Assembly (NCBI RefSeq): GCF_009914755.1
Contig: NC_060944.1
DNA length: 64,000 nt
Source: the human T2T-CHM13v2.0 reference genome, Homo sapiens
Strand: one strand, 5' to 3'
The notes below the pieces were generated by a model. That model was given only the letters and a program-made list of their open reading frames with translations. It was not told the DNA's origin and made no database searches. Below are positions 12,725 to 24,880 of the stretch, in pieces. How positions within the stretch are numbered: position 1 is the stretch's first letter; every line of letters begins with the position of its first letter. Made by a program: the position numbers and the translations under genes.

Positions 12725-13075
12725 AGGTAGTGCTTCTCGAACTTCAATATGCAGAGAAATCACCTGGCAATCTTATAAAAATGTCAGATTGAACTCAGCA
12801 GTTCTGGATGAGGCCTGGGATTGAGAACGTCTTGCATGGTCCCAGGAGGTGAGGAACACTGTCTTCAGGAGCTAACAGTCCCGCTGGGTCAGGGAGCTTC
12901 CATGAGATGACTAGAGCTGCACATTAGGATTACCTGGAGAGATTTAAAACTATCCCATTGCTGGGCTGCGCCAGAGACCACTGACATCAGAACACAGATG
13001 GGTGAAGCCCAAGCCTCAGGATGTTTAAAGTCCCTCAAGAGATTCCAGAGTGCAGCTAGGGTTGAGAAGCACTGA
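12725..13075. mobile_element. Two adjacent MER5A/MER5B fragments
   Basis: AATCACCTGG, GCTGCACATTAGGATTACCTGGAGA and GGTTGAGAAGCACTG motifs. Confidence 0.65.
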
Positions 13076-13224
13076 ATTAGGGAAAGTTGGTATGAATTTT
13101 TTGGTGCTAGAGGGAAGTTCAGGGGTGGGAGGGAGGCAGGAAGGGCTTTCTAGAAGAGCAGCTTCTAGAGTTTCCCAAGGGAAGGCCCTAGAACGGCACT
13201 GTCTGGGACAGGAGCTATGAGCCC

Positions 13225-13478
13225 CCAGTTGTTATGGGTCATCTGAAACTGCATTGAGCAAAATACACACTTGATTTGGAAAATTTGGTATAAATAAAAT
13301 AAGGAAAATATTTTATTAATCACTTTGATATTGACTATATGTTGAAATGGTAAAAGTTTGAATGTATTGGGATAAAGTATATCTTAAAAATTGGTTTCAT
13401 GGTTTCCTTTTGATTTTTAAAAACGTGGCTATTAGAAACCTTACAATTACATATGTGGCTTACATTTTATTTCTCTTG
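13225..13478. mobile_element. MER33-like hAT relic
   Basis: AAATACACACTTGATTT...GTGGCTATTAGAAA...ATTACATATGTGGCT. Confidence 0.65.
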
Positions 13479-13574
13479 ATGATCTAAAATCTTCATCATT
13501 AATAACTCCTTGATGATGCTTGTATATTCAAAAGTCTAAACACCACTGAGGTAGTTTGGAACTATTGACATAAC

Positions 13575-13746
13575 TTATTGTCTGTGGTCCCTGGACCGGC
13601 AGCATCAGCATCATCTGGAAATTGTTAGAAATAAAAATTTATCAGGTCCCACTGAATCAGAAATCCTGGGAGTGTGGTCCAGCAATCAGTATTGTAACAA
13701 GCCCTTCTGGTAATTTCTGATGCATGCTAAAGATGAGGAACCACTG
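13575..13746. mobile_element. MER5A
   Basis: GTGGTCCCTGGACCGGCAGCATCAGCATCATCTGG...CTGATGCATGCTAAAG...AACCACTG. Confidence 0.8.
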
Positions 13747-13932
13747 GTTTACATTTGTCAAGGGGGAGCTATGATCATGCCATAGGCAAGCTTTCCCTGA
13801 GTCTTTTCCCGGAGGGGAAGAGTAGCAGTTCCAGGCAGGCGAGCATTAGAGAGCCAAAGGGCCTGGCACCTCCCATCAACCCCATAGCAGGAATGGGGCG
13901 AACTTTGATTGATGTAAGAAAATGAAAATAGA

Positions 13933-15060
13933 TTTCCTTTGTTGTGTAGAAACTTTTTAGTTTGATGTAATCCAATTTGTCTATTTTCACTTTTGTTTCT
14001 TAGACTTTTGAGTTCTTGTCCAAAATTCTTTGCCCAGAACAATGACATGGAGCATTTCCCCTATGGCTATGTTTTCTTCCAGTAGTTTTATAGTTTCAGG
14101 TCTTACATTTAAGTCATTTAAGTCTTTAATCCATTTTGAGTTGATTTTTTTGTATGGTGAGAGATAGGGGTCTAGTTTAATTTTTCTGCATGTGGATATC
14201 CAGTTTCCCCAGCACCATTTATTGAAGAAACTGTCCTTTCCCCAATGTGTTTTCTGGGTGTCTTTGTGGAAAATCAGTTGGTTGTAAGTGTGTGGATTTA
14301 TTTCCATGTTTTCTATCCTGTTCTATTGACCTATTTTTAGGTCAATACCATGCTGTTTTGCTTACTATAGCTTTGTATTATATCTTGAAGCCAGATAGTT
14401 TGATGCCTCTAGCTTTGTTCTTTTTGCTAAAGATTGCTTTGGCTATTTAACTTCTTTTGTTGTTCCATATGAATTTTAGGATTTGTAAAAATTTCTGTGA
14501 AGACTGTTACTGGTGTTGTGATAGGAATTGCATTCAATCTGTAGATCGCTTTGGGGAGTATGAATATTTTAACAATATTATTTATTCCAAATCATGAACA
14601 TGGGATATTTTTCCATTTATGTGTGTCTTCCTCAATTACTTTCACTGATGTTTTATAGTTTTCATTGTAGAAGTCTTCCACCTCCTTGGTTAAATGTATT
14701 CCTAAGCAGATTATTTTATTTTTGTAGCTATTATAAGTGAGATTGCATTCTTGATTTCTCTTTCAGATGTTCACTATTGTGTGTAGAAATACTACTAATT
14801 TTTATAGGTTGATTTTGTATCCTGCAAATTTACTGAATTTATTAGTTTTAACAGTTTTTTTTTTTTTGATGGAGTCATCAGGGCTTTCTATATACACAAT
14901 TATGTCCTCTGCAAACAGGGACTATTTGACTTGCTCGTTTCAAATTGGAGGCCCCCCTTTTTTTTCCTGTGGCCTAATTGCTCTGGCTAGGACTTCCAGT
15001 GCTATGTTAAATAAAAGTGGTGAAAGTAGGCATCTTTGTCTTGTTCTAGATCTGAGAGGA
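13933..15060 (-). mobile_element. L1MA ORF2 segment, inverted 5' part of a twin-primed insertion
   Basis: ORF 13987-14307 ([12 protein letters not shown]...[13 protein letters not shown]) is an L1 ORF2 remnant on the minus strand. Confidence 0.9.
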
Positions 15061-16130
15061 TAAGGAAATAATCAACAGAGTAAAGAGACCACCTACAGAG
15101 TGGGAGGAAATATTTGCAAACTATGAGACTGACAAGGAGTTAATATCTACAATACATAAGGAACTCAAACAACTTAACAGCAAAAAGCAAATACAGCCGG
15201 CCCTCCCTTTCTGAGGGTCTCACATCTGTGGATTCAACCAAATGTGGATTGAAAATGTAGTATTTGTGGGACTTGAACATTGGAGGATTTTGGCATCTGA
15301 GGGGGGTCCTGAAATCCTGAGGGATGACTGTAATAGATTAATAAATGGGCAAAGATCTGAGTAGACATTTCCCAAAAGAAGACATACAAATGGCCAATCG
15401 GTACATGAAAAAATGCTCAGTTTCACTAATCATAAGATAAATGCAAATAAAAACTACAATGAGATATCACCTCACCCAAATTAGAATGACTATATTATTA
15501 AAAAGACAAAAAGTTTCAAATGCTGGCATGGATGTGAAGAAAGGGAACACTTAGACACTGTTGGTGAGAATGTAAATTAGTACAACCATTATGGAAACAC
15601 TATAGAGGTTTCTCAATAATTAAAAATAGAATTATCAAATGATTCAGAAATTCCACCACTGAATATTTATTTAAAATAAATGAAATCTGTATATCTAAGA
15701 GAGATTCAAACTCCTATGTCCATTGCAGCACTATTCACAATAGCCAAGATATGGTCAACCTTACTGTCTGGCAATGGATAAATGGACAAAGAAACACACA
15801 CACATGCACACACACACACATACAAACACACACACCATAGAATACTATTCAGCCATAAAAAGAATGAAATCCTATCATTTGTGGCAATATGGGTGAACCT
15901 GAAGGACATTTGTTAAGTGAAATAAGCCAGGGACGGAAAGACAAATAAGGCATAATCTCACTCATTTGTGGATTCTAAAAAAGCTGCCTTCATAGAAGCA
16001 GAGCATAGAATAGTGTTTACCAGAGGCAGGGGAGGGTAGGAGGAAGAGGATCATGCAGACAGATTGGCCATGGGTACAAAGTTACAGTTAAATAGGATGA
16101 ATAAATTCTGGTGTTTTACGGCAGAATAGA
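15061..16130 (+). mobile_element. L1MA ORF2 end and 3' UTR, forward part of the same element
   Basis: AAGGAAATAATCAACAGAGT continues the L1 consensus where the inverted part stops; L1MA-type 3' UTR (GGGTACAAAGTTACAGTTA...AATAAATTCTGGTG). Confidence 0.88.
15194..15330. mobile_element. MER2-like Tigger MITE nested in L1
   Basis: CAGCCGGCCCTC...GAGGGATGACTG inverted termini flanked by TA on both sides. Confidence 0.8.
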
Positions 16131-17949
16131 GTTTGAGTCGAAAGTATAATACACATATGAGTTTTACCTCTACTTTGGGGAAAGGCTTTAAAGCCATATT
16201 GAATAGCAAAAGAGAAGGAAAACAAACATCCTCTACTGGCTTTTGAATAAGCTCTATGAGACCTGCAAGTTACTGGACACCAAAGGAAAAGTGATTTTAA
16301 AACGTATCACATTTTGAATGCCTTCCAAGAAGAACGGTCCAGTAGATGATGGATTTGTGGCTAAGATCAAGGGGATTAACAGCTTCTTGGGAAGTCTCCC
16401 AGGAGGAAGGCTGGCCCGAGGGGATCAGAACTGCTCCCAGTGGAAAGTAGATGCCACAGTGATGTAGCTCTGAAAGAGAGTGCACCAGGACAAGGAGAAG
16501 TTCCTCTTTTAAAAACTAGACATAACACATGCTGGTTGCATGAGGAAGTGGAAGGAAAATTTATTGCCTAACAAAATAGCCATTCTGCTAGGAAAACGTT
16601 TGTTAGGCCTATTTGTCATGAGAGGTAAAGTATCTAGTGTTGCCTGGAATGGGGAAATATTGGCAAAGAAAGCCACATTGTTTTACACAATAAAGTAAAT
16701 GTGAGTCCTCCGTGTTCCAGTGTGAAATGTTTTTCACTCTTTGAGACAGAAATATTCCTCAATTCTAGTTTACACTTCTCAGTCTTCTGAGAAGTAGCTC
16801 CTAAACACAATTCTTTGGAGTAGGCCCTGAAGATAGATTTGAGGCAGGGCATGGGGCCCCAAGGAAGAATGGGCCCTGTGTGAGAGTGGGTGGCAGGGTG
16901 GGCTGGCACTGGAGGAGAGAGCAGCTTGGGGCTCCCACAATGGGCTGTGGCTGAGGGGCTGAGCCGGCATCATCAGGCATCTTCTGGCATCTGGTGTGAA
17001 GCTGCTTTCTGCTCTGCTCTGATCTGCCTTCGTCATGCTCTCTACAGCCCTCCTACTCCAATTCATCATGAGATTTTATATCCACTAACTTGGTAGGTAA
17101 GGTTCACCTGGTGTAAACTGTACCAGGTGGTATATTGGGAAAAGAAACAGAGGCGCTGCCACATTTGGGACAGAATGGAGCAGCCACAATAGAAATAAGA
17201 CATTAGTGACGTTGAGCAAAGCAAGAAGACAGGCAAGGTGACCATTGGAAAGCCCAGGGCCTCCTTCTCCCACTTCTTAGAATCTTCGGAAATATTCGGG
17301 AGGGGGCCAGATAGTCCACGGAGATTATGTGTGTTGCAGGGGGTGGGCGGGGGCCAGTTATTTTGCCTGGATGCTGAAGGGCTGGAGGATTGCAAGAGAA
17401 GAATGCAGCTGAAGGTTAGTCATGGTCACGGCTGTGGTGTTTCCAGCAGTGAAACTGACAGCCATGGAGGAATATGGGAATCCACTTTCCTGGATGTATA
17501 ACCTGGCTTTTCATCGTGACATTCAAAGTAATTCACAGCAGGAAACTTAACACGCACTGAGCTCTGTCTTCATCATATGAAGAGGACAGCAGTTTGCCCA
17601 TTTTATAGGTGAGTATCTTGAGTCCTTAGGAGGATCAGGGTAATGTATTGAAAGTCATCTTAGGAGTCAGTGACGGAACAACAATGTGTGTGCTCTGACG
17701 ATGCAGGTCTAACCCAGCAATCCTTGTTACCATTGCCCGAGTGTAATACAGGAGGTTGGAAGTGGCTTTATAAGAAAAAAAATTATGATAATAATAATGA
17801 TGATGGTGACGGTTATGACGGTGGTGATGAAGATAATAGCAGCGAATATTTCAATACATTTTAACAGCTCCTTATTTGCCATACACTAAGCTAAATCATC
17901 TACTTGGATTATTTCTTCAAACTGTCAACAAACTAATTTCCATCTAGCC

Positions 17950-18170
17950 TGAAATTTTTCATGCTCAGTACCATTGACATTTGTGGCTGGATAATTCTTC
18001 ATTGTGGGGGGCCATCATGTGCATTGTAAGATGTTCAGCAGCATCTCCGGCCTCTACCCACTGGACTCCAGCAGCAACCTCTCCTTTCCTAGTTTTGATA
18101 ACCACAAGTGTCTCCAGACTTTGCCAAATATCCGCTGGGGGACAGAATCATCCCCTGTTGAGAATCTCTG
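17950..18170 (-). mobile_element. MER20
   Basis: CATTGACATTTGTGGCTGGATAATTC...GGCCTCTACCCACTGG...GTTGAGAATCTCTG. Confidence 0.85.
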
Positions 18171-18440
18171 CAGAATCCCGCATTCTTTTCCATCTACCTA
18201 CAAGATCTCACCCACATGGGGATGCAGTCTCTTCCCCCAGTGCTTCCAGTACTTGCCCCTGGGCAGCCAGGTCCACTGTGAGGCCACTCAATTCATTACA
18301 TCACTCATGTTGACCATGAAGACCCTAAGTCATCAAGGAAGGTTCCACTGGGTGCAGCAAATGCCACTCAGGTAGTCAGGAAAAGTATGTGCTACAGTTA
18401 AGAAATATCTCTACCCTAGAAGGGCCCTCACTATTTTGTG

Positions 18441-18520
18441 TTTATTTTTATTTTAGATACAAGGTCTTGCTCTGTCATCCAGGCTGGAATGCAGTGGTGC
18501 AATTATAGCTCACTGTAGCC
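18441..18520 (-). mobile_element. Old Alu monomer fragment (FLAM/AluJ)
   Basis: GTCTTGCTCTGTCATCCAGGCTGGAATGCAGTGGTGCAATTATAGCTCACTGTAGCC. Confidence 0.8.
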
Positions 18521-18533
18521 AGTTTTATTCTTA

Positions 18534-18881
<348 letters not shown>

Positions 18882-19599
18882 CTAAGGCCTTAGCTATCTA
18901 GAAAGTTTGAGCCCCAAAGTAGATACATTTTTGGAGTGTTCCTCATAATCAAGATCTTCCTGCATTTGCCTCTTCAGAATATTTTACAAATGTTTGTTTT
19001 TGATTTTCCTGATTGCCTGTCTTTCCTTGAGGGCTGGGTTGTATCTTATTCATTTGTGTGTTCCTGATCCCTATTACAGCAGCTGGTATATGGTAGGGAC
19101 TCCGAAAGTATTTTTACATGATGGGTGAGTAAGTGCGCCAATGATTGCTTAGTAACAAAGTAACAAAGGTCTTTGACGATTCCAGGAGCTGCACTGGAGC
19201 CAGGGCTGCTGCCTGACTGATCAGCCAAGGTAGGAGCTGAAGTTTCATGGGCCAGCAGCCCAGGTGGGCTCATGAACACATCAGTCCTGGGTAGTGTGGT
19301 GGAGGTGGGGCTGCATGAATCCATCCCCAACTGTCATATCCCAGTGTCTGATATGTCTGCACAGCTGGAGGCGGCTAAGTTTGACATTGCTTCAATTTTC
19401 TCACTAGTAAAATGGGGATACAAATGCGTATCTGGCAGGGTTATGATGAGGATTAAATTGGAAAAAAACAACTATTTCAATTGTGCTTGACAGAGAGCAG
19501 GTGTCCAGGAAATTTCATTTTCCTTCTCTTCCCTTTCTGCCTTTTCTATCTGCCTAACACCCCTCATGCTGGGAACTTCTCTTCTGTCCATGTTGCTAT

Positions 19600-20150
19600 T
19601 GAGACTGTTAATCACATGTTCCAAACTGACCAATCAGAATACTCCTTTCTTCCTGGTTTCAGTGATTGGTCCAGCAGTGGGCACATGACCTGGGAAAGCC
19701 AATGAGAGTCTTTCGGGGAGGGGGACTCGATATAAACGCAGGGTTTTCTCTGGTCTGTAAGGTGGTGAAAATCCGAAGTTGAGCGCAGGCGGCCGGTTTG
19801 CTCACATCAGGCCTGCTAACTGGGGCTAATGATAATAATGATGACAGCTTGGATTGACAGCACACCTGCCATGTTCCTGTTGCCTTACAACCACTATCTC
19901 CAGCCTCCCTACCGTCTAGCATGTGCCTTGCTCCATACCTGCCTTCCTGAGGTGCAGAGGACAGCAGCGTGGAGAGATGGAGGGACAATGGGTGCCGATA
20001 CTATTGTTTCGACACCTGCATCCGGTTTTGCCTGAAGTCTTTTCATTTGCTGGATATCTTAGTTCCATGAGTCAATATTCTTCTACTTCTTTTTAATCCA
20101 GTTTATTTTAGGTTGTTGTGACTTCCCATCAAGAGGTCCTGACTAATATA
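19600..20150 (+). mobile_element. MLT1-family LTR containing an inserted ~150-bp local duplication
   Basis: CAGTGATTGGTCCAG...GGGCACATGACC...GCCAATGAGAGTC and 3' end GTCCTGACTAATA. Confidence 0.7.
19780..19927 (+). repeat. Direct duplication A, copy 1
   Basis: 5 mismatches over the 131-bp core against 21138-21268. Confidence 0.95.
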
Positions 20151-21119
20151 TGATTCATCTCTTTTCCTTCTTTCTTGTTTTTCTTCCTTCCTTTCTCTGC
20201 CCTCCCACTCCCTTCCTTCACCCTCTTGCTCCTCTCTCCCCTAGGGTCCTTGTCTCTCCTAGTTCCTAGCCTGGATCCCAATTTTGTCCTTGTCTTTCTG
20301 TCCATTCATCATATCCGTGGAGTCCTCAGATAATTGTCATACTGACTCCTAGACATTTACAGATTATAATGCAGATCTTTCAAGGCTCATAGGCACACAG
20401 CTCTATTAGGAGAAAGATGCGGTGATGTTGACATTTTGGATGAGGGGGTCAAATATTGTTCAGCTCCAGTCAGAGCCACACTTCATATTGCAGGCTTCTG
20501 CCTGGTTCATTTTCATTTTTATGCAAGCAAACCATCACAAGAGCCCGCCTGTGTTTACCCCCTGCCCAGGTGTATTATGAACATTGTCTCTAGTTCCTAC
20601 CTGTGGCTCACATAGCTAAGGACAGCAGGGCTTACCTGGCTGGGGCTGAGCGTCTCAGGTGAAAAGTGCCACCTGGAGGTGGGGTTGAGAATGAACTCCG
20701 CCTGATGGCCATGTCTGGGTCTGGCACCCCAGGAGTCCACTAAGCAGTCATAGGCAAAGGATGCCATTTGTCTCTTGGGTTCACTAGTGCAGTGGGTGAC
20801 TTCTGCCAGCAGGGAGTTGGTGGATATTGCAGGGTTGGACTGTGTTTTTCAGAGGAGCGGCGATGAATTAGCCCATTTATTTTCCCATGGTCTGAAACCC
20901 AAGGAACATCTGTCTGAGCCACAAGCGGCACGTTTTGTGGCTGGTGGGAGGACCCATGTTGCAGGGTTTGATTATGCCCATCAGCCGGGGTTGCTTGGAA
21001 GCGTCAGGGAGAGCTGGTGATTAATCACCAGGCACAGTGGCATGGATCCCCTGTGTAATTATCCCTATTGCCCTCAGAGCCGATTATGCTTCCAAAGGGT
21101 AGCGGCTTTCGGAAGGAGG

Positions 21120-21268
21120 TGAGTGCAGGCTGGCCCCTTTGCTCACACCAGTCCTGCTAACTGGGGCTAATGATGATAATGATGACAGCTTGGATTGACA
21201 GCACACCTGCCATGTTCCTGTTGCGTTACATCCACTATCTCCAGCCTCCCTACCGTCTAGCATGTGCC
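21120..21268 (+). repeat. Direct duplication A, copy 2
   Basis: Matches 19780-19927; offset about 1.34 kb. Confidence 0.95.
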
Positions 21269-21371
21269 ACCTTCAAGGTCTTGGCCGTGTTCTTCTAACG
21301 CTGATACTGTTATTTACTTCAGTTTTTTCTTTAAATCAACTCAATTTTTTATTTAAATGTATTTTTAAAGT

Positions 21372-21660
21372 GGGGTACAAAAAATTAGAAAGAATGAATA
21401 AGACCTACTATTTGATAGCACAACAGGGTGACTATAGTTAATAATAACTTAATTGTACATTTAAAAATAACTAATCAAGTATAATTGGATTGTTTGCAAC
21501 ACAAAGGATAAATGCTTAGGGGATGAATATCCCCATTCTCCATGATGTAATTACTATGCATTGCACACCTGGATCAAAACATTTCATGAACCCTATAAAT
21601 ATATATACCTACTATGTACCCCCAAAAATTAAAAATTAAATAAATTAAAAAATAAAAAAG
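21372..21660 (+). mobile_element. L1MA (L1MA2/3-like) 3' UTR with A-rich tail
   Basis: AGAATGAATAAGACCTACTATTTGATAGCACAACAGGGTGACTATAG...CTATGTACCC. Confidence 0.85.
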
Positions 21661-23394
21661 TAAGATTTCCAACTCTCTTCCAAGTAGAAAACTAGTAAGG
21701 CTTTCTAAGAATGGAAAGAAACCATACAAAATATGACATAAAACATACAACTAAATGCTGGTTGGTAGTATTGCCTGTGAGGACCCAGCTGAGCCCTGCA
21801 CCCTCTTTATTATGATGGGGTCTTTAATAGAGGTGAGTGCTGACCTGAGACTTTTTATGTAACCAGAGAAATAGAAGGGCAGTTAGAAAAAATAAAGCAC
21901 TTCTCATCATGTCTCTACTGGTATACCTCAAAAAATCACCAAGGTCTGTGTCTCAGGCATCAGGGGTGTTCATGTATTTGACTTCCCATACTTCTCACTC
22001 CTCAAGTTGGGCTCTGTTACGTCCATTTCAGAGTTGAAGAAACAGAGCCAAAAAGAGGTTGCAGAGAGAGGATGTTCAAGAAGGGGGATTCCAGCCCAGG
22101 CTCTGGAGATAGACCATCATTGTTCTGTACTAGATGCCATGTGCCAAGTTCTGAGCTTGGCACTTCACCTTCATTACCTTGTTCTATCCACATTCCTGCC
22201 CTGTGGAACTGTTATGGTTTTCATTTTATGGGGGACACAGAGGCTCAGTGGGGTGCAGAGATGGTCCCAAGCTCTCCTGGCAGTAAAACAAAAGCAGAGT
22301 TCTTGACCAGGGCACGGGGTGCTGCAGAGGACACACATTCCCACTCTCAGATGCTGCTTGTTCTCTCCACAACCAGCTGTGGGGCAGCTGCTTTGCCAGG
22401 GGCCCTGAGTGTCGGCAACAGCCAGAATAACAGGGAAGCAGAGAGGGAGTTTGCTGGAAGGGCTTGGGGGAATGCACAAATGTAGGGCAGAAGCTGGAGA
22501 AATGGACCTAGAAAGAACCAGAGCCTAGGCACTCTGGTGTCCGGGAGGCCTCAGGGCTGTGGCCAGAAGACATAGGCACCTTTTCTACTCTTTTGGGGGT
22601 CTTCTCCTCAAAGGTGGGGACCTTGAGCAAGAGGGTCCAGTGGATCTGCTCAGGTTACGTGCCTCCCCTCTGGGCAGGGTGAGATCCTTGTTTGGAGAGT
22701 CCCACCCAGCAGGATTCACACAATAGGAAGTTGAGGCGGGGGGATCAGGGTGCTATCATAAAGGGTAAGAAGGCTAAGACTAACCTCCGAACATGCAGAA
22801 GTTACCCACTATATGCCAGTTGGCCCTGTGCCAGGGGGCCTTCTATCATACTATCCTGTAGAGGTAACAAGAAGTCCCAGCCTCAAAAAGGGGCTGGCAG
22901 GCTGGGTCCTAGTTCTTCTTTGCCATGGCTCCAGCATGGACTTATACCCTGGATTGGTTGTCTCATTTCAAAGCAGGGAAAGATCTCTGAGAGCTTTGCC
23001 CAGCTCCCTGGATGCTCTGCTCCAGGTGATCTTGGCACCCTCTTCTGGGTCTGGCACCCACACACTGGCACACCTTCCATGACCCTGAGGCTCATGCAGC
23101 CTCCAGACTCACCTACCAGTTCTCTTCCTGGGATTCTCAGCTTTCTAGCATACCCTCTTCCAGAGGTGGGAGACCTCCAGTTAAAAACAAAATTGTACAC
23201 AACCGCAGCCTCATTTCCATTGTTTAAGAAATTAATTATCTTGGTGTATCTTTTCCAATAACAGCTTTCATTAAATTAAACCCAAGGCATTTATATTCCC
23301 TGGGAATAACAGGCTGCTTATATATGGCGGGAATGTGCTGGAATTTCTTTAGAAATCAGCACATTGGCTATTGAGGACTAGCTGGTGATCACAG

Positions 23395-23570
23395 GTATAG
23401 GTTTTGAAGTTAGATTGTCAGGATTAAAATCCAGGCTCTGCCATTGCTGGCTGTGTGGTCTTGAGCAAGTTACATTACCTCTCTGTGTCTCGGCTTGCCC
23501 ATCTGTGCAATTTGGACAGTAAGAGTTCCTATCTCCCAGGCTTGTGGTAAGGATTAAACACGTTCATGTA
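23395..23570 (+). mobile_element. MIR
   Basis: GGCTGTGTGGTCTTGAGCAAGTTACATTACCTCTCTGTGTCTC. Confidence 0.8.
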
Positions 23571-24519
23571 ATGATCAACAAGGTTAACTATGAACATGCT
23601 CACAAAGACACACATGGGCTCTTCTGGCGCAATAGGGACGTGGCCTGGAAGCTCACTGCCACGTGGCATTTGGGACCACAAGGGATCAGACCTCATCGTC
23701 TGTGCACAGATAGACAAGATCATAAAGAGGAAAAATTAGCATCGGGAAACTGGTTATTTATTTAAGATTGAAAGCGGGAGAAATCTGCCCTGGACATCTT
23801 CCCCTCTCCTCTGTTTGTTTTGTCTGCCAAACAGAGGCAGTACCCCCTCTCCACTCTATTTATTAATTGAGTAAACTCCGTGATCCTAAATGCAAACAAA
23901 CATGGGGCCAGCACAAACAAGCACGTGCTTCCTGTACGCGCCACTTCTGAGTAGCAGCCCGAGCAACAGGTGGACTGGCTGGGAGACAGAAACGGCTGCA
24001 GAAGGCGCCTCCAGGATTTGGCGTGAGAGCCCTGCAAGGTCAGCCCATGTGCTCCTTCTTTGTTAGATTGTTTGTTCATTCATTTGTTTATTCATTCCTT
24101 TATTCAAGTGTTTAGTGAGAACTTCCATGTGGAAGACAAAGACCTAGCTCACAAGGGGTGCATGGTCTAGGGAGCTAGGTGTGGACAAAGAGCCACGTAG
24201 GATGTCAGTGCTGAGATGTGGCAGCCACGGGGAGCTATGGAAGGGGGCAGAAAGAAGACCCCAGAGCTCAGGGAAGGCCTGCAGGGCAAGTAGGGAGTTG
24301 TCAGCCCAGCAAAGAGCCAAGAGTGTGAGGAGAAGGTCTGCCAGCGCCTGAAGGGGAGAAGCCATGGTTCACCAGCTTCAAGAGTTGATACAGTTGAAAG
24401 CATCATCTCTCCATGGCCAACATCCTGGGCTGTGGCTTTAATTTGGGCATAGTGTGTGCCTGCAAAACCTCGGCTGTATTCAACCTAGTCTGCCATTGAT
24501 GGAGTGAGAACTGCCCCCA

Positions 24520-24880
24520 AATTATTTACATTCAAATTTGGAAGCAACTGAAACCCAACAGTAGGAGATTCATTACAGTAATTCCATGGAAATGGAATAA
24601 TACGCTGTCGTTAAAAGTGTTCAAATCTTTTATGGTTATGATAAATCTAATAATAAAATCGAGACAATATTAGAATATATATTTTAACATTTTCCTAGTT
24701 TTGTGAAAAAAGCCCCAAATATCTGTATGAGCCTAGATAAATGACAAGAAAGGAAAACAGTAAGATTTTTATAATGGTTATTGCTCAATGGTTGGATTTT
24801 TAAAAATACTCTTCTATAATTTCTAAATTTTATGCCCTGAGGATGTATTACCTCCATAGTCAGAAAAATTATGAAAGGTA
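24520..24880 (+). mobile_element. Old L1ME-like 3' remnant
   Basis: AT-rich, with TGGAAGCAACTGAAA...GGAATAATACGCTG and TATTACCT...CAGAAAAA motifs. Confidence 0.45.
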
